Notes under the pieces: generated by a model
Databases searched by the model: none
Told to the model about the DNA's origin: nothing
What the model saw: the letters and a program-made list of their open reading frames with translations, nothing else
Translations under genes and position numbers: made by a program
NCBI GenBank assembly: GCA_964344285.1
Contig: CAYFMM010000003.1
Span: 67,072 to 131,071 of the forward strand
DNA from: an uncultured Methanosarcinales archaeon
Lineage (GTDB): Archaea > Nanobdellota > Nanobdellia > Woesearchaeales > GW2011-AR9
Direction of reading: 5' to 3'
Length of the DNA: 64,000 nucleotides
Part shown: in pieces, positions 57,715 to 64,000 of the stretch
How positions within the stretch are numbered: position 1 is the stretch's first letter
Layout: each line of letters starts with the position of its first letter

Positions 57715-57765
57715 TCCAGACGACTAGGCCTGCGAGAGAGGCTCGAACTCCCATTTCCAGATATC
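57715..57765 (-). ncRNA. tRNA-like 3-prime fragment (T-arm plus acceptor 3-prime strand) within a structured intergenic region
   Basis: The minus strand reads GGGAG-TTCGAGC-CTCTC (a T-stem/loop with the TTCRANN loop) followed by TCGCAGG-C. No matching 5-prime half was found nearby. An 8-bp hairpin (CAGAAAAG...CTTTTCTG, 57808-57829) lies next to it. Confidence 0.25.
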
Positions 57766-58080
57766 GATTTCAAAAAAGAATTCACAGTCTAGTGTCTTAC
57801 CTTTACGCACAGAAAAGAGGATACTTTTCTGGCGTCCCAGAAAAATCGTTGTTTTTCTCAGGAGACGATCGCAAGCATAAAAAATGTGGGGACAAACGTC
57901 CTAACGATGATGGTTAGACGTAGAACTAGCTGTTTGTTTTTTGTAATTTAGAATAATAGACTGACAACTAGAAATATCACTAACAGTGAATACACTCAAC
58001 TCTGGTTTGTGTTGTCATAAGGTATCAAAAAGAGTATTCCTATTTAAATTTTTGTAATAAATGTAGTTACAATTATACTC

Positions 58081-58404
58081 TCATAATTTCACAAAAGTTT
58101 CTGAGATAGTAACTCTGAAAAGATTCATTTTACTAAACTTTGAGGCCGTTTCTTCGCTTCCTTGAGGGAACGTAAATGTAATCTCTCTGCCTTTAAGTTT
58201 TTTAAAATGAAGATCTTTTTGGTCACTTGAGAAAAAAGAGTATTCTAACTCTTCATTTATTAAACTATGTGATTTGCCACCAATCATTTTTAATTTTCCT
58301 TTTTTAAACTTGGATCCGTTAAAAGTTCTAGTTTCAATATCTGTAAGCAAGAAGAAACGGTCATTGCTAGACCTCTGAAGTCTACCTTTTACAATTAATT
58401 CCAT
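58081..58404 (-). CDS. hypothetical protein
   Basis: 107 aa ORF. No motif recognised. Confidence 0.35.
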   Translation of the reverse strand: MELIVKGRLQRSSNDRFFLLTDIETRTFNGSKFKKGKLKMIGGKSHSLINEELEYSFFSSDQKDLHFKKLKGREITFTFPQGSEETASKFSKMNLFRVTISETFVKL

Positions 58405-58460
58405 AAAGGAGTTAAATGTACTAGTATTTATTATCTTTTCTATTTTTGAGAAGAGTAAAG

Positions 58461-58537
58461 TGGGGCGACCGGGGGGAATCGAACCCCCTCCTGAAGCTCC
58501 ACAGGCTTCTATGCTAAACCGTTACACCACGGTCGCC
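58461..58537 (-). tRNA. tRNA-His (anticodon GUG) with genome-encoded G-1 and 3-prime CCA
   Basis: The minus strand reads GGCGACCGUGGUGUAACGGUUUAGCAUAGAAGCCUGUGGAGCUUCAGGAGGGGGUUCGAUUCCCCCCGGUCGCCCCA. It has an 8-bp acceptor stem including G-1:C73, anticodon loop CUGUGGA, and T-loop UUCGAUU. Confidence 0.85.
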
Positions 58538-58600
58538 AAGATAAATAGCTCAAACAGTATTTCCTTTAAAAATTCTTCTGTTTAAGGACCGTTATTTAAG

Positions 58601-60076
58601 CTATATCATCAACACATTCTGTTTCCTAATAATTGAAACTTTAACCCAATTTGTATAACCTAAAAACTCTCCTCCTGCTTGAAGAGCAAAAGGGGTTTGA
58701 CTCTCAATTATCCACTTTTTCCCATGTAAAGAAATTAAGGGAGCTGCTTCTATGCCTAACTGAGATAATAACATCGTCCAAAGGCGTAGAGCCTTATTCC
58801 AAAAAGAAGAGTGTGTATTAACAGTTGCCAAGCCATAAATCATATTATTATTTGTTTTAACTTCTTCTAATAAAGAACGCAGCCCATAGCCGATATAAGG
58901 GATTTTGCTAATGATTAAGTTTGAGCAATTCCCATATTCATGTTTTTTGTCGTCTATTTGTAAAGAAATATCAAAGTCAATTGATTTACCAAAAGCAACT
59001 GTACTTCCTGCATTCCAATAGTCAGCAAAGTTATGGTGCTTCATCCCCTCACTATGTTTGATTACTTCTGCATCAATTCCAATGCTTGCAAAAAGAGTTT
59101 GTGTTTTTTTTGTCTGATTTGCTGCCTGCCATTCAATTTCCATTATATCAAGAGGAATTTCTTTAAATTGAAAGCGTGAGCGTAGATATTCGAATTTTTT
59201 GCCTTTGTAAAAATAGGAGTAAAATGCGTTTCCAGCTCCAAGAGGAAAAAAGCCAAGCGGTTTTTGTTGTAATACAGGTTGATTAAGCGCTCCCTCAAAT
59301 GAACCATCACCGCCTGCAATAATCACTTGATCAGCATCTTTGATTTTTTCCTTTATCCCTGCAAAGATATCTCCTTTTTTAGGCAAGTAAATTACTTTTG
59401 CATTTCTTCTACGAGCAAATTTTTGTAGTAACTTTCTTCTGTATTTTTCTTTATATCCTCCTGATTTTCGATTTGCAAGAATAACTATTTTTTCTTTTTC
59501 AATTTTTTTGCCTACCTCGATTCTAGAGCGATATCCCTTGGTATATGCTATGACATAGTAAAAGATAGAAACTATTGCAAGAAGAGCTGCAAGTAGTGTG
59601 AAAAAAAAGAGTGCAATCTGATCAAAATGTACCCATAAGATATTGTGTGTACCTGCATAGAATCTGTATGTTTTAAGGACTAAAACAAAGACAACAATGA
59701 ATTGTGAAAGTGTAATTACTTTGCCATAAATATCTCCTTTAAGGACTACATAATCTCGTGAAGCTCGTAAGCGAATATAACCAACAATAATGTCTCGAAT
59801 TACAAACAGGGCAAGCAGTGAGAATGGAAAAAAACCACGTAGCGTAAACACTAAGAGCAGTACAAGAATTACTAATTTATCTGAGAACGGGTGAAAAAAG
59901 GAATGAATACGATCTTTTTTATGAATAGTGATCCTAGCAAGAACGTCTATTAAAGTAAACACCAGCAGTAAAACAAAGGTGAGTGTTGTTCCAAAGACTG
60001 TATCCAAATACATACCATAAACCATTAATGTGAGTAGAATTAAATGCAAAAATGCAATAAAGTTCGTTATCTTCAT
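58601..60076 (-). CDS. membrane-anchored lipid kinase: N-terminal polytopic domain (CDP-alcohol phosphotransferase-like) fused to a DAGK_cat (YegS/sphingosine kinase-like) catalytic domain
   Basis: About 180 aa with 5-6 TM helices (DVLARI...FSDKLV). The soluble domain carries IVILANRKSGG and IIAGGDGSFEGA (GGDG motif). Confidence 0.55.
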   Translation of the reverse strand: MKITNFIAFLHLILLTLMVYGMYLDTVFGTTLTFVLLLVFTLIDVLARITIHKKDRIHSFFHPFSDKLVILVLLLVFTLRGFFPFSLLALFVIRDIIVGYIRLRASRDYVVLKGDIYGKVITLSQFIVVFVLVLKTYRFYAGTHNILWVHFDQIALFFFTLLAALLAIVSIFYYVIAYTKGYRSRIEVGKKIEKEKIVILANRKSGGYKEKYRRKLLQKFARRRNAKVIYLPKKGDIFAGIKEKIKDADQVIIAGGDGSFEGALNQPVLQQKPLGFFPLGAGNAFYSYFYKGKKFEYLRSRFQFKEIPLDIMEIEWQAANQTKKTQTLFASIGIDAEVIKHSEGMKHHNFADYWNAGSTVAFGKSIDFDISLQIDDKKHEYGNCSNLIISKIPYIGYGLRSLLEEVKTNNNMIYGLATVNTHSSFWNKALRLWTMLLSQLGIEAAPLISLHGKKWIIESQTPFALQAGGEFLGYTNWVKVSIIRKQNVLMI

Positions 60077-60108
60077 AGAAGTTAGAACTCAAAGATAGTT
60101 TAAAAGAT

Positions 60109-60690
60109 TTATCTCTTTAATCCGTAAAGAACCCTACCATTTTCTGATCTCCCAGTTGAACCAAAGACACTAGTTATCGGCTTCTTTTTTCCGTTACTAA
60201 TTCTTGCATTTTCTCTAAAGGATCTAGCATATGCTACATTTGTAAACCCCTCTCTTAGCAGATCGCTGTTTCTAAAAAGATTCCCTTCCGTAAACTTTCT
60301 TGAAAAAATTCCTTCTACAGCACGTAATAGATCCGAATCTTCTTGACCACCCTTTGCAACGGTATAGGCGTTTCTTTTTTCAACCCACAAACCTGCATCA
60401 TTCATTCCGTAGAAAGCATTAGATTCAATTACATAACCTTCTGCTGTTTGGACTACTTGTTGTAACGTTATGCCTAAAGGACCTCCTTTTTTAGAAAACC
60501 TAGTTTGTCCATCTCTTGTTAGTCTTGCGTCTTCATTAATAGCATCTAAAGTAAGATAATCAACTGGAACTCCCATCAAATTGAAGTTAGGAATACCAAG
60601 CAAATGAAGTCTAATCTCTTTTCTATCTTTATCATATGCAACAGAGTCTAAAAGATCTAATTTTTTTACCATCTCAATTTCCGCTACCAT
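60109..60690 (-). CDS. hypothetical protein
   Basis: 193 aa ORF immediately downstream of the thermosome gene. No motif recognised. Confidence 0.4.
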   Translation of the reverse strand: MVAEIEMVKKLDLLDSVAYDKDRKEIRLHLLGIPNFNLMGVPVDYLTLDAINEDARLTRDGQTRFSKKGGPLGITLQQVVQTAEGYVIESNAFYGMNDAGLWVEKRNAYTVAKGGQEDSDLLRAVEGIFSRKFTEGNLFRNSDLLREGFTNVAYARSFRENARISNGKKKPITSVFGSTGRSENGRVLYGLKR

Positions 60691-60691
60691 T

Positions 60692-62254
60692 TTATTCCTT
60701 TCCTCGCCTCAAAATTACATCATCTATCCGTAAAATCATTTCTGCTACGTGTGTTGCACTTGAAAGGGCTTGTGTTTTGACTTTTAATGGTTCAATAACA
60801 CCTTCTTGCCATGCATCCATTACATTTCCAGTAAAAACGTTAATCCCTGGCCACATTAGATCTTTTGAGGAGTGTAGGCTTGTTAAAACATTAATTGGAT
60901 CTAATCCTGCATTTTCTGCTAATGTTCGAGGGATTACTTCTAATGCTTTTGCATATGCTTGAACTGCTAGTTGTTCTCTTCCTGCAAGAGTTTGAGCGTA
61001 TTGTGTGAGTTGTTTTGTAAGTTTCATTTCAACAGCTCCTGCTCCAGCTACTACAAAGCCGTCTTTAAGTGCTGCTGCAATGTCACCTAGAGCATCAACA
61101 ATTGCCCGTTTGATTTCTTCTACAATGTGAGGAGTTCCTCCTTTTACAAGAATTGTGAGTGCTTTAGGATTATAACATTGTTCAACAAGAATCATTTCTT
61201 CATCTGCAATTTTTTCTTCTTTTACAGAACCCGCGTTTCCAATATCACTTGGAAGAATTTCTTTAAGATTGCTCACAATTGATGCCCCTGTTGCTTTTGC
61301 AAGCATTTCCATATCACTTTTACGAACTCGTCTAACTGCAAGAATTCCTGCTTTTGTAAGATAGTGTTGAGCAACTTCATCAATTCCTCTTTGACAAAAG
61401 ACTACGTTTGCATTTGTTGCAATAACTGCATCAACCATTTGCTTTAGGGTTCGTTCTTCTTGCTCTAAAAAGGCATTTAGTTGGGAAGGGTCTGTGATTT
61501 GAATTTTTGCATCAATGTCTGTATTTTTAATTTCTAAAGGTGTGTCGATAAGAAGGATTTTTGCATTTTCAACATATTGAGGCATGGAAGGGTGAACACG
61601 CTCTTTATCAAGAGCAATTCCTTTAAGAAGAGAACTATTTTCAACAGCGTCTCCTACAAGAGTAATGACTTTAATATTATCTTTTTGTAGCTGTTCTTGT
61701 CCTGGAGATGCAATTGTCAAAACCGCTTGTAATAATAAGTCTGCAAGGTGTGCTTTATTTGCCTCAGCCCCTTTTCCAGTCATGGCAGTAATTGCAATAT
61801 TTAAAAGAAGGTCATTATGATTAATACTTACTGGTTGTGCAATTTGTCTAAGAATCTTTTGTGACTCTGTTTCTGCTAACCTATACCCTTTAGCTAGTAC
61901 AGTAGGGTGAATATTTTGATCAAGTAGTTGTTCTGCTTGTTTAAGTAATTCTCCTGCTATAATTACAGCAGTTGTTGTTCCATCTCCAACAACGTCTTCT
62001 TGTGTTTTTGCAATCTCAACAACCATTTTTGCTGCTGGATGCTCAATTTGCATCTCTGTAAGAATTGTAACACCATCATTTGTAACAATAACATCGCCAG
62101 CTTCATCAACAAGCATTTTGTCCATTCCTTTTGGCCCTAGTGTTGTGCGTACTGCTTGTGCTACTGCTTTTGCTGCTAAAATATTATTATGTTGTGCCTC
62201 TTGTCCTGATTCTTTTGTTGTATTGTCTGATGTAATTGTAGACATAAAAACCAC
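60692..62254 (-). CDS. ths: thermosome subunit (group II chaperonin)
   Basis: [10 protein letters not shown] and [12 protein letters not shown]-binding motifs, GDGTTT, and 520 aa length. Confidence 0.9.
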   Translation of the reverse strand: MVFMSTITSDNTTKESGQEAQHNNILAAKAVAQAVRTTLGPKGMDKMLVDEAGDVIVTNDGVTILTEMQIEHPAAKMVVEIAKTQEDVVGDGTTTAVIIAGELLKQAEQLLDQNIHPTVLAKGYRLAETESQKILRQIAQPVSINHNDLLLNIAITAMTGKGAEANKAHLADLLLQAVLTIASPGQEQLQKDNIKVITLVGDAVENSSLLKGIALDKERVHPSMPQYVENAKILLIDTPLEIKNTDIDAKIQITDPSQLNAFLEQEERTLKQMVDAVIATNANVVFCQRGIDEVAQHYLTKAGILAVRRVRKSDMEMLAKATGASIVSNLKEILPSDIGNAGSVKEEKIADEEMILVEQCYNPKALTILVKGGTPHIVEEIKRAIVDALGDIAAALKDGFVVAGAGAVEMKLTKQLTQYAQTLAGREQLAVQAYAKALEVIPRTLAENAGLDPINVLTSLHSSKDLMWPGINVFTGNVMDAWQEGVIEPLKVKTQALSSATHVAEMILRIDDVILRRGKE

Positions 62255-62366
62255 CCAGCCTCTTGGAGAGAAGTATTTTTTTAAAGATTGTGGTGCTGAA
62301 GTGAGTCGTCTCTTTTTAGTGATTAATTAAGAAACATTTAAAAATATGATTTAGAAATAAGATCTG

Positions 62367-63044
62367 ATGTCAGATTTAGATAAAGCAATAGCAGAAATAG
62401 GACCAAATCAAATTAGAAGATATATTGGCGATGACAAAAAAGATTTAGGTTCTATTAGAGCAGCATATGTAGAAAGTGGATATAACCCTACAGCAGTAGA
62501 TCTTGCTTTAGCACCTTTGCGGTTACATGAAGCACAAACAGGATTAGAAAGTACCATAGAAAGAAAAGCTGCTGAATTGGAAGCGAATTTAAGTTCAGTA
62601 TATGGAACATTAATTACTGCCTTAGGAGATAGAAAAGGTTCTTACCGGATTGGAGTTGAGTCTAGACCGGATCAAGGTTATGATTCTTCAGCTAGCTTTA
62701 TAATCAAGCCCAAAAAGGGACGGTTTGATACTCCAAGAGTTAAAATAGATTTCAGTGAAAGAGGACAGGGATGGGATTCACCAGAATGTAGTATGTTTCA
62801 AGTTAATTTAGCAGAAAGAAATTGGTATCAAAAAAAGAGGAAGGGCAATGGTTTAGACATTGAAGTCTCTTTACAGGGAGAAGAACCATTTTCCCTTCGT
62901 GGAATAGTTCAAAACTGCTTAGACGAAAAAAGGCCAAGAATCTTTTACCAATTATCACAACTCCCAGATGCAGCTCTAAGAGTTATTGAAAGAGAGCAAG
63001 AAAGACTCAAAAATGATGTCCAATTCTTAGAAAGATTAGACTAA
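62367..63044 (+). CDS. hypothetical protein
   Basis: 225 aa ORF. No motif recognised. Confidence 0.45.
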   Translation: MSDLDKAIAEIGPNQIRRYIGDDKKDLGSIRAAYVESGYNPTAVDLALAPLRLHEAQTGLESTIERKAAELEANLSSVYGTLITALGDRKGSYRIGVESRPDQGYDSSASFIIKPKKGRFDTPRVKIDFSERGQGWDSPECSMFQVNLAERNWYQKKRKGNGLDIEVSLQGEEPFSLRGIVQNCLDEKRPRIFYQLSQLPDAALRVIEREQERLKNDVQFLERLD

Positions 63045-63060
63045 GTAAGAGGTTAGAAAC

Positions 63061-63870
63061 TCAACTATACCCTTTAATCGGACTTCTATATTTGCCATAT
63101 CCTTCTGGAGAGATCATTAAACCTTCTTGCGCTGCAATGGTTTGCACGCCTGTAATGCGTTGAATCTCACGTGCTTGATGTAGTGGATCTGCACGTAACA
63201 TATCTAAAGAAAAATGAGTCAAAATTGCAAGTCTTGGGCGTACATGAGAGATGATTTTAATTGCACCCTCAGAATCTAATTCTTTGCCTTTTCCCTTATC
63301 TCCCGGATAAGGTACTTTTAGTACAAGAACATCAGTGCCAACCAGTGATTGTAATAGTTCATCTGTTACTGCCGTATCCCCAGCGTAACTTAAAGTAAAT
63401 TTTGGACAATAGAACTTAAAGCCAACAGCTGTTTCATCATGATGATATGAAGCAGGAAGAGCGTTAATTTCTACGATATCAACACCGACTTTATGATCTT
63501 TTTCTAAAGGGATTACTTTTTCAAGAAACTGCCGATGATGTTGAGTTAAAAAAGGATGGTTATGTTCAGTTTGCTGTAAAACAGACTTACTTCCTAATAC
63601 AATCCCACGTTGTTCTAAGCCGGAATGAGTCATTGCATCTACAACAATATTAAGATCATTACAGTTCATAATATTATTATTTGAGACTAAAACTGCCGTA
63701 TTGTGATGGACGTTTACACCGTATTCTTGGGCCTTGTTCATTGTACCTGGTCCAGGGTCTACGTGAAATTGTAAGTCACCTACCTTAAGTACAAAACCAC
63801 CTGCACTTCTAAGTTGTCGATTAACAACACCAGTTGAGCCTGCAGTTCCTAAGAATACGATTTGAGTCAT
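63061..63870 (-). CDS. metallo-beta-lactamase-fold protein (variant motif)
   Basis: N-terminal IVFLGTAGS and later His/Asp clusters (FHVDPGPG, HSG, HH) suggest an MBL-like fold with a non-canonical HxHxDH motif. Confidence 0.4.
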   Translation of the reverse strand: MTQIVFLGTAGSTGVVNRQLRSAGGFVLKVGDLQFHVDPGPGTMNKAQEYGVNVHHNTAVLVSNNNIMNCNDLNIVVDAMTHSGLEQRGIVLGSKSVLQQTEHNHPFLTQHHRQFLEKVIPLEKDHKVGVDIVEINALPASYHHDETAVGFKFYCPKFTLSYAGDTAVTDELLQSLVGTDVLVLKVPYPGDKGKGKELDSEGAIKIISHVRPRLAILTHFSLDMLRADPLHQAREIQRITGVQTIAAQEGLMISPEGYGKYRSPIKGYS

Positions 63871-64000
63871 GAAGAAATATACTAAAAAAGGGTTAATAAA
63901 GATTGTTGTTGTGGGAAGATAGGATTAGAGTTAATGTGTGGTATAAAGTCCTAAAGCATTAGTTGAAGAAGCAATGTAAATACCACTATCGGGCTTTTTG

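Noticed and set aside
57684-57917. ORF-track CDSs 57684..57917 (+) and 57607..57792 (+)
   Set aside because: They lie in the GC-rich structured spacer between hisS and tRNA-His. Their composition is odd (Arg/Pro-rich) and there is no start context. I treat the region as non-coding RNA or structured spacer.
1-64000. CRISPR arrays, transposases, integrases
   Set aside because: No regularly spaced direct repeats were seen. No ORF shows DDE transposase, tyrosine/serine recombinase or Cas-like motifs. The glycan island therefore has no visible mobility genes in this window.

Overview
This is a 64 kb window from an AT-rich genome that I read as archaeal. The archaeal call rests on a group II chaperonin (thermosome) at 60692-62254, an archaeal-type methionine aminopeptidase, a TrmB-family regulator, a stand-alone 5S rRNA, and a tRNA-His with genome-encoded G-1 and CCA next to hisS. 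Roughly 0.9-50 kb is one large cell-surface glycan biosynthesis and decoration island. Its recognisable modules are:
- a pseudaminic/legionaminic-type nonulosonic acid pathway (PseB, PseC, GNAT, NeuB/PseI-like, and a cytidylyltransferase fused to an aminotransferase);
- a UDP-2,3-diacetamido-uronic acid pathway (WecB, DegT, Gfo/Idh/MocA, UDP-sugar 6-dehydrogenase);
- many GT2/GT4/GT-C glycosyltransferases, a Wzx-like flippase, and a lipid-phosphate-sugar GT2 with a flippase-like membrane protein;
- an acyl-carrier-protein cassette (AcpS, ACP, AMP-ligase, hexapeptide acyltransferase);
- a complete sulfate activation module (CysD, CysN fused to an APS-kinase-like domain, CysC, CysQ) with two sulfotransferases;
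- two CDP-alcohol phosphotransferase-family membrane proteins, a LicC-like cytidylyltransferase, and a 1186-aa enzyme fusing a TagD-like cytidylyltransferase to a permuted PEP-synthase-like phosphotransfer unit.
A stretch of visibly higher GC and different amino-acid usage (about 33.3-38.3 kb) carries several unknown proteins. The 3-prime third (50-64 kb) is housekeeping: 5S rRNA, TrmB, a DAHP/KDO8P-synthase-family enzyme, MetAP, HisRS, tRNA-His, a lipid-kinase fusion, and the thermosome. No CRISPR array, transposase or integrase was seen. All functional calls come from motif-level reading of the supplied translations and are unverified by database search.
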